From positions 1 through 48,720 of IMG/VR virus record IMGVR_UViG_3300032330_000853: a stretch of 48,720 nucleotides of DNA; one strand, 5' to 3'. Position numbers and translations under genes: made by a program. Positions 25,044 through 34,991 of this stretch are shown piece by piece; the first letter of the stretch is position 1, and each line of letters opens with the position of its first letter. This DNA comes from a virus. Taxonomy: Duplodnaviria > Caudoviricetes. The notes beneath the pieces were generated by a model that saw nothing but the letters and a program-made list of their open reading frames with translations, was not told the origin of the DNA and made no database searches.

Positions 25044-25569
25044 CGTGGACAACTGTAATCACTTCGCCTTCTTTAGCAATTGCTGAAAGCCTTTGCATGA
25101 TAATATCACGAACTTCTGGATGGGATGATGCAATATCTCTAAGTATTCCAACAAGAACTTCTTGTCTGCGTTCAATCTCAACCATCTCTTCTGCAAGTTC
25201 TTTATTCTCAAGCAGTCCAGCCTTTTGTAACATATCAATTCTTTTAGATTCAATATCCATAACAAGTTTAATTCCAGCAGTTTTGGCACTAAGATTACTT
25301 GTTAGGCTTGATTCGTCAATAACTTCATAGGCTTTTGTAATAAGTTTTGTATAATGCGTATCTGCACCAACAAGTGCTTCTTTTGCACGAGCACGAATAG
25401 CATCATTAGCAGATGCCATAACTTTCCACTCATTAATTAATTGAACAACACGAGTACGTGGAATATCAAGTTCTTTAGATATAACTGTTGGATCATTACC
25501 CTTTAGATACTCAGTTACAACAGTATTAACCTGGTCTAGGTGATCTACTAAATCTTTTTCAGTTGACAT
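25033..25569 (-). CDS. HTH plus coiled-coil protein, probable terminase small subunit
   Basis: N-terminal HTH (PTVISKELDIPRTRV). Overlaps the terL start. Confidence 0.6.
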   Translation of the reverse strand: MSTEKDLVDHLDQVNTVVTEYLKGNDPTVISKELDIPRTRVVQLINEWKVMASANDAIRARAKEALVGADTHYTKLITKAYEVIDESSLTSNLSAKTAGIKLVMDIESKRIDMLQKAGLLENKELAEEMVEIERRQEVLVGILRDIASSHPEVRDIIMQRLSAIAKEGEVITVVHDVQ

Positions 25570-25894
25570 TTTTTTCCTTTGCTATCTTCAATAATACCAG
25601 ATATCCTATTAAATCATCAATGTCATTGTCTCCAACATAGTCAGTGCCCTTCATAAGTCTGCTTAATTTATCATCAATTCTAACTCTAAGTTGTTCTACT
25701 GGGTCTGCTTTGCTAAAAATCCTAACTGGATCAAGTGCTGAATCTCCATAGGCAATATTTTTTTCAATTAACATGCCTGCTATTGAATGACAGGCAGTCC
25801 ATATGTGAGGACCAGAGGGTGCTCCAACCGACCTTAAATATAAGTCTTGACAACTAAAATTTTTTACATCTTCATATACTGAATCAAGTTTCAT
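25559..25894 (-). CDS. Nucleotide-modification-associated helical protein (DUF1599-like)
   Basis: KN.AYGDS...RIDDKLSRL...DDLIGY pattern. Confidence 0.6.
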   Translation of the reverse strand: MKLDSVYEDVKNFSCQDLYLRSVGAPSGPHIWTACHSIAGMLIEKNIAYGDSALDPVRIFSKADPVEQLRVRIDDKLSRLMKGTDYVGDNDIDDLIGYLVLLKIAKEKNVN

Positions 25895-26565
25895 AGATAG
25901 TTCTCCTTATGCCAAGAAATATAGTTTGTATCAAAATTATTAATTCCAGCCCTGTAGTGCTTAGTGTAATCATTGTGTATCTTTGCTGCTTCTTTTTGAG
26001 TATAGATTATAAAATTATCTAAATTATTTTCTTCAATCGTTTTAAAAATTGATTTTGTAAAAGTAACATAGCCTGTTTGATATATAGAATAATCAACAAT
26101 GTTATTATATTTTTTATTTGTTTCTTTATTTAAATAATAAATGTTTTTAATATCTGCTAATATGTTTTTTAAAAATATACTTTGTGGAGATGATGCAAAT
26201 ATCATCTGTGTTAAGCCATGGTTTCCTGGCTCCTTTGATACAGCAAAGTCTAAATCTGAATCAAGCCATGCATCTATTGGTTTTTTGCATACCATATCAA
26301 TGTCTGAATAAAAGCCACCATTAACATACAAACACATATATCTCCATAGTGTTGCTCTTAATACATTAACATTATAAGATTTATATATTTCAAACCATTC
26401 ATCTCCAAAATTATCTAATACAAACTGTTCTCTATCTTTTGAAGAAACATATTTATAGTCCCATGTTTTATTTTCATTTTGCCAAGACAGCGAACATTCA
26501 AGTGTTTTTGGACCAAGATCTTTGTACTCATGTTCATATGTTTGCCAAATAATTTTAGGAATCAT
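25891..26565 (-). CDS. GT32 (OCH1-like, DxD) glycosyltransferase
   Basis: MIPKIIWQT, RY..LY..GG.YSDID. Confidence 0.85.
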   Translation of the reverse strand: MIPKIIWQTYEHEYKDLGPKTLECSLSWQNENKTWDYKYVSSKDREQFVLDNFGDEWFEIYKSYNVNVLRATLWRYMCLYVNGGFYSDIDMVCKKPIDAWLDSDLDFAVSKEPGNHGLTQMIFASSPQSIFLKNILADIKNIYYLNKETNKKYNNIVDYSIYQTGYVTFTKSIFKTIEENNLDNFIIYTQKEAAKIHNDYTKHYRAGINNFDTNYISWHKENYL

Positions 26566-26717
26566 CGTTTAGATTTTCTCAATCCAAATTTTGCAAGGTA
26601 AACATAAACAGTTTCTACTGTGCATCCACACTCCTTTGCAATCTCTTCTGGAGTCTTTTTATCCATAACATAACGCTTACGCATAAAAACTTCTGATGTA
26701 TATAGTTTACTGGCCAT
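26562..26717 (-). CDS. Small HTH DNA-binding protein
   Basis: KTPEEIAKECGCTVETVYVYLAKFGL. Confidence 0.7.
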   Translation of the reverse strand: MASKLYTSEVFMRKRYVMDKKTPEEIAKECGCTVETVYVYLAKFGLRKSKR

Positions 26718-26721
26718 AGGT

Positions 26722-27366
26722 TTATTTGTCAACTTCTGCTTCAGAAATGTCATAGTCATATGCGTTTGAGTCTTCTAAGACCCACTTGTCATAACTTTCA
26801 ACATCCCACTTGTTTGTATTTATGAGTCTTTGTATTACTAGATCTTTCTTAGTTACAAACGATGGTTCTTTGAGTCTAATACGATTATTAGGTTGTACCG
26901 CAAAATTTCCATCATCTCTTTGAATAACATGACCGCATTTATGTTGCCCAGGATTTTCTGAGTAACCATCGTCTAAAATATTGCTTTCTGGATTATGCCA
27001 ATCTAAAGTAAATAAATATTTTCCGTCAATATTTTTTTTAGTTCTATCTATGTAAGACATTCTCATATTACTTAAATTTTCAAATTTGGTAACTGTTATA
27101 TGTGGACTAAAGGAATTCCAAAGTACAAGATTATATATTGGTTCTTCTGGAACCCCTGGCTTTGTGCAAAATGCATTAATTGGCATTCTCCACCAAATGC
27201 CTCCGTCTTCCATTAAGAAATGAAATAGTGGACTTCTGCTTTTAATACTTGACACACCAAAGATTACACATGGAAAATATTTATCGTGACTATCTTCTTG
27301 ATCTCTTAAAAAATTACCACGAACATAACATTCAATTGGTGGTATGTTTGCATTTAACTCTGGCAT
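26722..27366 (-). CDS. Conserved phage hypothetical protein
   Basis: LNANIPP..CYVR..FL...HKCGH....D.GNFA.QPNNR. Function not recognised. Confidence 0.7.
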   Translation of the reverse strand: MPELNANIPPIECYVRGNFLRDQEDSHDKYFPCVIFGVSSIKSRSPLFHFLMEDGGIWWRMPINAFCTKPGVPEEPIYNLVLWNSFSPHITVTKFENLSNMRMSYIDRTKKNIDGKYLFTLDWHNPESNILDDGYSENPGQHKCGHVIQRDDGNFAVQPNNRIRLKEPSFVTKKDLVIQRLINTNKWDVESYDKWVLEDSNAYDYDISEAEVDK

Positions 27367-27539
27367 TATTCAATACTCCTTGTCATTGTTTTAAGTTTAT
27401 CCCAAAAGCCCCCAGGATTTCCTTGATAAACTTGTCCAGTTTCACGATCTATCAATAACCATTTCTCTGGACATAATGTTTTTACAGTTAAAGAAACATC
27501 TTGTTCCTCTTCTTTAAAAACAAAATTATTTCTGCTCAT
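27366..27539 (-). CDS. Hypothetical protein (57 aa, missed by ORF track)
   Basis: MSRNNFVFKEEEQDVSLTVKTLCPEKWLLIDRETGQVYQGNPGGFWDKLKTMTRSIE. TAATG coupling to the next gene. Confidence 0.7.
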   Translation of the reverse strand: MSRNNFVFKEEEQDVSLTVKTLCPEKWLLIDRETGQVYQGNPGGFWDKLKTMTRSIE

Positions 27540-28107
27540 TATTTCCTATTGCCTTATCCCAATTATTAATAGCCCAGTGACCAATACCGCAGGCATCTGC
27601 AATATCGTTATCAGTAATAGACTTATCATAGTTGATTTCAATTAACTTCATTGTTCTTTCTTTCCGAAATTGTCTTTCATATGACTTATACCAGGAGTCT
27701 GATTTGCCAGGATTTTTTGATCTAAGCAATAGTTGCTCATCTTTGCTTAATTTTTTATTTCCTAAATAGTTTTGCCAAGTTATTGGTGCAACTGTTCCTA
27801 TTTGCTTTGTTCCAGTCAATCCTGCTGCACCTAACAATGCACCTTGAACTAGCGCTAAGTCTGCTGCAGTTTTTGGACTGTTCATAAATACTGTATGTTC
27901 TATTACAATGGCTTCAAACCCACCAAAATATTCAAAGAATGATTTTGTTTTTGCACAGGCATCCATAACTTTTTCATAGTTTGTGTTTCCATTAAACTTA
28001 ATCTTGCCAACAATTCCAAGGCTGTCACCAGTAAACAAAGCAAATGCAAGGCTATTAGTACTTGCATCTATTGCACAAATCTTTTCTGGTTTACCAGTTT
28101 TGTTCAT
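27526..28107 (-). CDS. ruvC: RuvC-like Holliday junction resolvase
   Basis: AIDAST, IVIEH and DNDIADACGIG acidic catalytic motifs. Confidence 0.8.
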   Translation of the reverse strand: MNKTGKPEKICAIDASTNSLAFALFTGDSLGIVGKIKFNGNTNYEKVMDACAKTKSFFEYFGGFEAIVIEHTVFMNSPKTAADLALVQGALLGAAGLTGTKQIGTVAPITWQNYLGNKKLSKDEQLLLRSKNPGKSDSWYKSYERQFRKERTMKLIEINYDKSITDNDIADACGIGHWAINNWDKAIGNNEQK

Positions 28108-28384
28108 AGTCAATAATTCCTTTTAATTGTTTAAGCATTTTATCTACTTCTTTTTTATTTACATTACAATTAGAACAAAATCCAGAGTCGTTATATATTG
28201 AAAGTTGTTCTCCACAACCACCAAGACATAATCTTTTTTTACCTATTCTTCTCTGTCTACGAGTAACTTGGTATCTTTCTGCAATCTTTTCTTTTGTGGC
28301 TGAGTCTCTACACTCTTCACCGCAATATATTTGATAACTTACTTTAGGTTCAAAGTGATTATCACATCTTTCACATAGTTTCAC
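28091..28384 (-). CDS. Zn-finger hypothetical protein
   Basis: CERC...YCGEEC...CLGGC...FCSNC. Confidence 0.7.
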   Translation of the reverse strand: MKLCERCDNHFEPKVSYQIYCGEECRDSATKEKIAERYQVTRRQRRIGKKRLCLGGCGEQLSIYNDSGFCSNCNVNKKEVDKMLKQLKGIIDYEQNW

Positions 28385-29186
28385 TTAACCCCTCCAGGGA
28401 TTTAAGTTTTACTACTCCAGTTCCAGCATCTGCACAGGCCTGTTGAATTGGACATGTTTTACAGATTTTAGAATTTGAGCGATAATTTTTTGTAGGTAGT
28501 GTACGATCTATCCAAGCCTTGCGAACATCACGCATCCATTGAAACGTGTTATCAATCCATTGGCGATAGTAATCGTCAACCTCAACTGGAAGAACTAATA
28601 GTTCGTGGTTATTTTTGTTTTCATAAATTAGAACTCCTTTTTTCTTTCCAAGAATCTTCATATAAATAAGCAACTGAATAAGGTGCCCAAGTTTTGGTTT
28701 CATAGAATTTTTGCGATATTCAAATCCTTCATTAAGCATTGTTTTAATTTCACCAACAATGTCTTCGCCTTCCCATTCAATCATGGCATCCCCATAGCCA
28801 AAGATTGGTGGATCATCATATCTAATTTTAAATTCTGTTGTTGGCTGGTTATCATCATCTCTAAATATTTTTGCTACTCCAGCATTCATCATGGCATTTT
28901 GAATTCTTCCATGTGAAAGAGTTCCAGCAGTCATATTTGCTGCACCGTATGCGTCTGCATTATCTTCAAATGTTGCACCATCAAATGCTAGATACCAGTA
29001 TCTTGGGCATTCTCCATGGCTGTATGCAATTGTTGATGGAGCAAAAGTTTTCTTTGTTTGAAATTTTGGTCCACGATTAACAACATATCCAGATTTAATC
29101 TTTTCAATAAGAGCATCTGAATCTAGAATATTGTTCTTGTTTGAAACACTTTTAATCATAACGCTCTGTAGTAAATTTTTTGTCAT
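28371..29186 (-). CDS. Cas4-like PD-(D/E)XK exonuclease
   Basis: CPRYW, G...H, GDA..EIKT, QL.IY, and C-terminal CKTCP....C (Fe-S ligands). Confidence 0.85.
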   Translation of the reverse strand: MTKNLLQSVMIKSVSNKNNILDSDALIEKIKSGYVVNRGPKFQTKKTFAPSTIAYSHGECPRYWYLAFDGATFEDNADAYGAANMTAGTLSHGRIQNAMMNAGVAKIFRDDDNQPTTEFKIRYDDPPIFGYGDAMIEWEGEDIVGEIKTMLNEGFEYRKNSMKPKLGHLIQLLIYMKILGKKKGVLIYENKNNHELLVLPVEVDDYYRQWIDNTFQWMRDVRKAWIDRTLPTKNYRSNSKICKTCPIQQACADAGTGVVKLKSLEGLSETM

Positions 29187-29218
29187 TTTTATCCCTTGTT
29201 TATATTTAAGTATACCAG

Positions 29219-29533
29219 TTAGCGCATTATGTATTTAAGTGCTGATACTAGATCATTGATTGCTTGTGCTGCTGTAAAATATATGTTTTTCTTTGCCCTG
29301 TCAGATTTGTCAACATTGGCCATCCAAGTAGCCTTAAATGACATCTTTGCTGCAATTGCCTGTAGTCTAACAATTTCAAGACTTGCAACCTGAATTGGAA
29401 CATCTGGTTTAATAATTATCTTAGCAATCATAGTTAATGCGGTAGTTAATTCCTCATCTTGCATATAGTCTGCTATTTCACTAAGACCATTAACCATATC
29501 AATAGTTGTTTTTTGTTGACCTAAATCACTCAT
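29219..29533 (-). CDS. Hypothetical helical protein
   Basis: ORF within the recombination operon. Confidence 0.65.
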   Translation of the reverse strand: MSDLGQQKTTIDMVNGLSEIADYMQDEELTTALTMIAKIIIKPDVPIQVASLEIVRLQAIAAKMSFKATWMANVDKSDRAKKNIYFTAAQAINDLVSALKYIMR

Positions 29534-29825
29534 TATTCTCATCCTCCGTTAATTGTTCTAGCATATCCATTTCAATTATAGCAAGCCTTACCTTAGTATT
29601 ACCTTCACCAAGAATTACAATAATCGCTGGAGATTTATCTCTTCCAGCCTTTATTGAATCTGTAACTGCTTTTGCCCATACATCTTTGTTAAGTGTAAAA
29701 GATTTACCAACTTCTTTAAAATCAACAACAAATTGACGCCATGTTGCATCACCCTTCTGTGTATTTCTACCAGAATTCTTATGCTGCTTGGCACCTATTC
29801 TTTTACTTTCGTTCTTTTCGCTCAT
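29526..29825 (-). CDS. Small PD-(D/E)XK nuclease, Hjc-type resolvase-like
   Basis: NSGR..QKGDA....VVDFKE. Confidence 0.65.
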   Translation of the reverse strand: MSEKNESKRIGAKQHKNSGRNTQKGDATWRQFVVDFKEVGKSFTLNKDVWAKAVTDSIKAGRDKSPAIIVILGEGNTKVRLAIIEMDMLEQLTEDENNE

Positions 29826-29991
29826 AATCTTTCTTTGTTAATGGTAATAAACCAACCTTTGAAATATGTTTTTTGCTGCACATCCAAGAAACGTCGCCTG
29901 TTTCTTTCCAAAGCCTTAAAGATGTAACAACCTCATCACAAGTTTTACATGGCCATTTGCCAGGATATACAGAAAATTTTTGATTAGACAT
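29803..29991 (-). CDS. Small Zn-ribbon protein
   Basis: CKTC...WMCSKKH. Confidence 0.6.
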   Translation of the reverse strand: MSNQKFSVYPGKWPCKTCDEVVTSLRLWKETGDVSWMCSKKHISKVGLLPLTKKDYERKERK

Positions 29992-31000
29992 TTAAAACTT
30001 TTGCCTTTAGATCTTCCTGTAATTCTATGTCTTCTCTAACTCTATTAATAAAACCTTCACGACCTTGAATCTTTGTTCCATCTGGCAAAATGTACCATGC
30101 ACCAGTTCTATTAACTAAACCAATAGACTCTGCAGTATCAACAAGATCTCCAATAGAATCAATACCTAGTTCATCTCCTCTAAAATAAAAATCATATTCT
30201 CCAGATTGAAATCCAGGAGATGTTTTAGAAAACTGAAGTTCCCATCTAATCTTACGACCAATCTTTTCTTCAATTAGTTTATCCCCAATTTGTATCTTGC
30301 CTTTAATTGCTTGATTGTCTGATTCAGATGAGAATAGTTTTATAACTGTAGATGAATAAAACTTTGTAGCCTGTCCACCAGTTGGTTGTTGACTTGTATA
30401 CATTGCATTAATATTATTGCGTGATTGTGAAATTAAAACAAACAGTGTTGGCTTTACTTTATTATTAGCATAGTTAATCATTTTCCATGCATTTGAAAAA
30501 TCACGAGACTCTGCACCAATTTGTTTTGTGTTCTCAAGTTGTTTAAGTTCATCAGAATCTTTTTCAAAATATATTGCTGGAAGTAGTGATGTAATTGAGT
30601 CAACTACAACAACATCAACACCAGCATTCATAAGATTAGTTCCAATATCTACCATTTCATTAATAGTTCTACATTGAGAAACAATTAGTTTAGATGTATC
30701 TACGCCAAGATGTTCTGCCCACTTTTTATCATATGACATTTCTGCATCAATCCATGCACAGATCTTTCCTTCCTTCTGTGCTAGACCTATCATTTGAAGG
30801 CATAGGGAGGACTTTGCAGAAGACTTTGAACCCCATATAAGTACTTGTCTGCCATATGGAAGTCCACCATTTAAAGCACGGTTTAAACCAAAACTAGGCA
30901 TTGCTGCATACTGTGTTTCTGGAATTGTGTCTCCAGACATTACTGTTTTTCTTAGTTTAGGATTTAACTGTGCTAGTACATCTTCTATTGTTACTGTCAT
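29984..31000 (-). CDS. recA: RecA/UvsX-like recombinase
   Basis: LNGGLPYGR, P-loop GSKSSAKS, WIDAE, VVDSI, SQ.R, GG.A.KFYSS and GAWY. Confidence 0.9.
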   Translation of the reverse strand: MTVTIEDVLAQLNPKLRKTVMSGDTIPETQYAAMPSFGLNRALNGGLPYGRQVLIWGSKSSAKSSLCLQMIGLAQKEGKICAWIDAEMSYDKKWAEHLGVDTSKLIVSQCRTINEMVDIGTNLMNAGVDVVVVDSITSLLPAIYFEKDSDELKQLENTKQIGAESRDFSNAWKMINYANNKVKPTLFVLISQSRNNINAMYTSQQPTGGQATKFYSSTVIKLFSSESDNQAIKGKIQIGDKLIEEKIGRKIRWELQFSKTSPGFQSGEYDFYFRGDELGIDSIGDLVDTAESIGLVNRTGAWYILPDGTKIQGREGFINRVREDIELQEDLKAKVLNV

Positions 31001-31021
31001 TTTTTTCTCTTTTCTATATTA

Positions 31022-34000
31022 TTAAACATTTAACACATCTTCCATTATTACTGTACCATCTTTTGTTTTGCCAAAACTAAACTTATAGGCATTGCCTTCT
31101 TTAATATGCATATATGCCTTTGGAAATGCTGTAGGAAATACTGTGACTGAATGTAGATCTCTTGTTGTATCTGCTAAAGTTAAAGAGGCCATCTTTTTGC
31201 CAGTCTTTGTTATTCTTGATTTAAATGATACAACAAACATCTCATCTTCTTTATAAGGCAATTGCTTATAGTTTAAAAACTTTACAAGAGCACTGTCAGA
31301 TCCCTTTAATTCATCAACTGGAATTGCAGATAAAATACGATTATCATTTGCAAGAATCAAGCATGTTTTTCCAGTTTCAATTTTTGTTTGTTCTTCATCA
31401 AATATTCCAATGCTACCAGTCTTATCAAGAATTTCAACTCTTGACCATCCCTTGCCACGTTTAATTGACTTGACCATGCCCATCAAAATAAATGATCCTT
31501 TTTCTTCAAAATCTTCAATTGATTGAATAAAAGCATGATAATGAGATGGCACTGTAATATTAAACTCTGGTAGGTTTAAGTACTCATAAATATTTTCTTT
31601 AATTTCATTATCATTACGTGGGTTATCTGGAAATGTTGCTGCCCCAGTTAATCTTAATGCGCTAAGCGCTCTGCTATTAACACCATTACCTTTAGTAAAA
31701 GTAAACTCTTCAAGTTCTTTATAACTATTAAATGGTCTAGCATTAATATATTTTTGTGCAATATTGTCTGAGATAAACTTAATACCAGTTAGTCCAAAGC
31801 GAATTCCCTTACCCTCAATCTTAAAGTCTAAATCAGAATCATTGATGTGTGGAAGTTTAATTGAAATACCCATACGTTTTGCTTCAATAAGATATTCTGT
31901 ACGACCATCTTTGTCTTTCTCATTTTTAAGAAGGGCAAACATAAACTCTAGAGGATAGTAGTATTTGAGCCACGCTGTCCAATACGAGAGAGTAGAGTAA
32001 GCAACGGCATGCGATTTGTTAAACGAATACCCTGCATGTGCTTCAAAATCATGCCACAGATCCAAAGCGGAATTAGGACTAATATACCTAGAGGCACCAC
32101 TAACAAACCTATCACGGAATTCATCAAATTCTTTCGCATCTTTTTTCTTTCCAATGATCTTACGAACCTTGTCTGCTTCAGACATTGACATACCACCAAG
32201 GTATACACATGCTTGCATAACCTGTTCCTGATATAGGATACACCCATATGTATCTGCAGTAAATTCTTTCATGATTTGGTGAATATAGGATACATTCTGT
32301 TTTCCATGTTTGCGAGCAATATAGTCTTTACCAATTGTATTCATTGCACCTGGACGAACAAGAGCATTAGAAGCAGCAAGTTCATTAAGATTTTTAACAC
32401 CCATCTTTACAAGTAAATTTGTATATGGCGTTGCTTCACACTGAAACACACCCTTTGTGTATCCATCAGAAATCATTTCATATACTTTGGGATCTGACAT
32501 ATCTAGTGATAATAAATCAATATCTTTATAATGATTTTGTTTAATCATTTTTACTGCATCTTGAATAACGCTTAGGGTTTTAAGTCCCAAAGCATCAATT
32601 TTAATAAGTCCAATTTTTTCTGCTTCGCTCATATCAATTCCAACAACAGGAATTCTTTCATCTGAGCCTGGAGAAGAACGAGTTTCTAGCGGAGCATATC
32701 TAAATATTGGATCTTTACTTGTTACAACCCCTGCTGCGTGAATTCCAGTACCACGAATTCTTCCACGAAGTTGATCTCCGTAGACAACAACTTCTGGATA
32801 TTTATCTCTAAACCAAACTGTATTTTTAGATGTACAGAATTCATCCCAGGTATCAACAAGTTTTAGAACTTTATTAACATCTGTAAGCGGAATATCCAAT
32901 ACTCGTGCAACATCTCGCACAACACCTTTATCTTTAAATTCAAGGAATGTGGCAATAGATGCTACGTGTCTATATTGCCTTACAAGGTAATCCTTTACAT
33001 CATCACGTCGTGTATCTTGAATATCTGTATCAATATCAGGGAAGTCATTACGATCTGGATTAATAAAACGAAAGAACAGTAATCCGTGCTCAAGTGGATC
33101 AATCTCAGTAATTCCTAATAGATAACAAAGAAGAGAGCCAGCAGAAGAACCTCTTCCTGGACCAACCATGATATCTTCTTTCTTAGCCCAATTAATCATA
33201 TTGCTTACAACAAGAAAGTATGGTGCAAATTTTTTATCTCTAATAATTGATAGTTCTTCATCAAGTCTTTGTTCATATACATCATTACCAAGCCAATTAG
33301 AGTTAAGTCTTTTTTCTTCTAATGCAGCAATTGCTAAGTTTGCCAACTCTTGATCTGGATTTTTATATTGAACTGGAAGTAAATTTAAACCATCTTTAAT
33401 ATCATAGTCTTGTACTGTATCTGCTAATTTTAAAGTATTTTCATAAATGTCAGGCCTGTCAATACCTTGCGCTTCCATTGCTGACTTAATTTCTTCATAT
33501 GAAAGCAAGTGGATGTCAAACTTATTAAAAGTAATTTGACGATCTTCTCCATAAAGATAGTCAAGACGTGCCATCATGTTTTCTTTTTTCTTTGACTTTT
33601 CATATGATGCTTCTTTACTCACCTTTGCATGAGTATTCATAAGCAACTTAAATTCTTGAATTTCTCTCTGAGATGTGTCCGAATGGTGGCAGTCTGGAGT
33701 TACAACAATTTTAATATCAAAACTATCTGCAAGTTCAATTAACTGCTTATTTATATTTGCTTCATTATGTGGCATTACTTCAATATAATAGTCATCACCA
33801 AAACGTTCTTTAAACCATGCTATATATTTTTTAGCAATTGCAAATTCTTCTTCTTCAAGAGCCTTTACCAACACACTGCTTGGACATGCAGATGTAACAA
33901 TAATTCCCTCTTTATATTTTTCTAATATATTAAAATCAAAACGTGGCTTTTTAAAGTATCCGTCTGTCCATGCAAGTTCACTAATCTTATTTAAGTTTTC

Positions 34001-34309
34001 TAAACCTACTTGGTTCTTGGCTAGAAGAACTATATGGTTATAGACAAGATCTTGTTGACCTTCTCTTTCAGACTTATCTCTACGATCAGAGATGTCTGCA
34101 CACATATAGCCTTCTAGACCAAGTATTGGCTTAATACCCTTTTCTTTTGCAGCACGGTACATTTCTCTGTGACCAGATAGTGAACCATGATCTGTAATTG
34201 CAAGAGCAGTCATACCCAACTTGCTAGCACGGTCAACGTACTCTTGTGGAGTCGCTACGCCGTCAAATAGGGAGTAGTGAGTATGAACATGTAAGCCTAC
34301 GTAACTCAT
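31022..34309 (-). CDS. dnaE: DNA polymerase III alpha subunit (family C, DnaE-like)
   Basis: PHP motifs HVHTHYS and TDHG, GPGRGSSAGSL, PDIDTD, HAAG, KID.LGL, YSFNKSH, and OB folds. No intein seen. Confidence 0.96.
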   Translation of the reverse strand: MSYVGLHVHTHYSLFDGVATPQEYVDRASKLGMTALAITDHGSLSGHREMYRAAKEKGIKPILGLEGYMCADISDRRDKSEREGQQDLVYNHIVLLAKNQVGLENLNKISELAWTDGYFKKPRFDFNILEKYKEGIIVTSACPSSVLVKALEEEEFAIAKKYIAWFKERFGDDYYIEVMPHNEANINKQLIELADSFDIKIVVTPDCHHSDTSQREIQEFKLLMNTHAKVSKEASYEKSKKKENMMARLDYLYGEDRQITFNKFDIHLLSYEEIKSAMEAQGIDRPDIYENTLKLADTVQDYDIKDGLNLLPVQYKNPDQELANLAIAALEEKRLNSNWLGNDVYEQRLDEELSIIRDKKFAPYFLVVSNMINWAKKEDIMVGPGRGSSAGSLLCYLLGITEIDPLEHGLLFFRFINPDRNDFPDIDTDIQDTRRDDVKDYLVRQYRHVASIATFLEFKDKGVVRDVARVLDIPLTDVNKVLKLVDTWDEFCTSKNTVWFRDKYPEVVVYGDQLRGRIRGTGIHAAGVVTSKDPIFRYAPLETRSSPGSDERIPVVGIDMSEAEKIGLIKIDALGLKTLSVIQDAVKMIKQNHYKDIDLLSLDMSDPKVYEMISDGYTKGVFQCEATPYTNLLVKMGVKNLNELAASNALVRPGAMNTIGKDYIARKHGKQNVSYIHQIMKEFTADTYGCILYQEQVMQACVYLGGMSMSEADKVRKIIGKKKDAKEFDEFRDRFVSGASRYISPNSALDLWHDFEAHAGYSFNKSHAVAYSTLSYWTAWLKYYYPLEFMFALLKNEKDKDGRTEYLIEAKRMGISIKLPHINDSDLDFKIEGKGIRFGLTGIKFISDNIAQKYINARPFNSYKELEEFTFTKGNGVNSRALSALRLTGAATFPDNPRNDNEIKENIYEYLNLPEFNITVPSHYHAFIQSIEDFEEKGSFILMGMVKSIKRGKGWSRVEILDKTGSIGIFDEEQTKIETGKTCLILANDNRILSAIPVDELKGSDSALVKFLNYKQLPYKEDEMFVVSFKSRITKTGKKMASLTLADTTRDLHSVTVFPTAFPKAYMHIKEGNAYKFSFGKTKDGTVIMEDVLNV

Positions 34310-34310
34310 T

Positions 34311-34967
34311 TTACCAATCTGTGTTGGTTGATGAAGTTACAGATGGAGTGTCAAACCCCAAATAGAATGCCTCTTGTTCAGCATATGGAATCTTTTTTAG
34401 TGCTAGTTCAAGAGGGTATGGATTATGTGCTGACCAGTCAAATGGTTCTTTATCTGGTGCAGATGGAATAAGTGTGTAACTTGTTTCAGTACCCTGACCG
34501 TTACGCTTTAACTTCCATGAAATATTTGAGATGCTACCTGTTTCAAGAGCATACTCACGAATTGTATTAAATGCAGATTGCTTGCTTACACCCATTGACC
34601 AAATAGCCACATACGGTGCTTCAATGCCATCATCTACAAGTACGTTGCAGTAAAAACGAAGACGTGCTCTCCAGCCAGCCTTTGGATCTTTACGATGCAT
34701 TTCTTCTGCCCAGTCACGACCTTCTGACTCCATTGTGTCTACAGCCTTACGCTTATAGTCCTTTGGGTTTGTGTGTTCCTTTACAACAAGTGCTAGGCCA
34801 CGTTCTGGGTTATAGTTTGCAGAGTCCTCATCAAGTTCTTCAATAAAACGGATCTTTGCAGATTGTCCATCAGCAAGTTTTAACCATCTTACCTTTGGTG
34901 AGTTTTCGTCATACTTTGGCTTATCAACTAGGGCATTAATATTCTTGAGTCCCTTTACAATAGTCAT
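34311..34967 (-). CDS. Single-stranded DNA-binding protein (gp32-like)
   Basis: Lies between primase and polymerase. KLADGQS..IRF, KRNG.GT.T.Y and an acidic/aromatic C-terminus. Confidence 0.7.
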   Translation of the reverse strand: MTIVKGLKNINALVDKPKYDENSPKVRWLKLADGQSAKIRFIEELDEDSANYNPERGLALVVKEHTNPKDYKRKAVDTMESEGRDWAEEMHRKDPKAGWRARLRFYCNVLVDDGIEAPYVAIWSMGVSKQSAFNTIREYALETGSISNISWKLKRNGQGTETSYTLIPSAPDKEPFDWSAHNPYPLELALKKIPYAEQEAFYLGFDTPSVTSSTNTDW

Positions 34968-34991
34968 ATTATTTTTCCTTTTCTGTTTTAT

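Noticed and set aside
28371-29186. Cas4-like gene as evidence of a CRISPR-Cas system
   Set aside because: No repeat-spacer array or other cas genes seen. Solo Cas4-like exonucleases are normal in phage recombination modules.
31022-34309. Intein or intron in dnaE (also considered for dnaB, recA and terL)
   Set aside because: Lengths are ordinary, and no intein splice motifs or LAGLIDADG inserts were seen.
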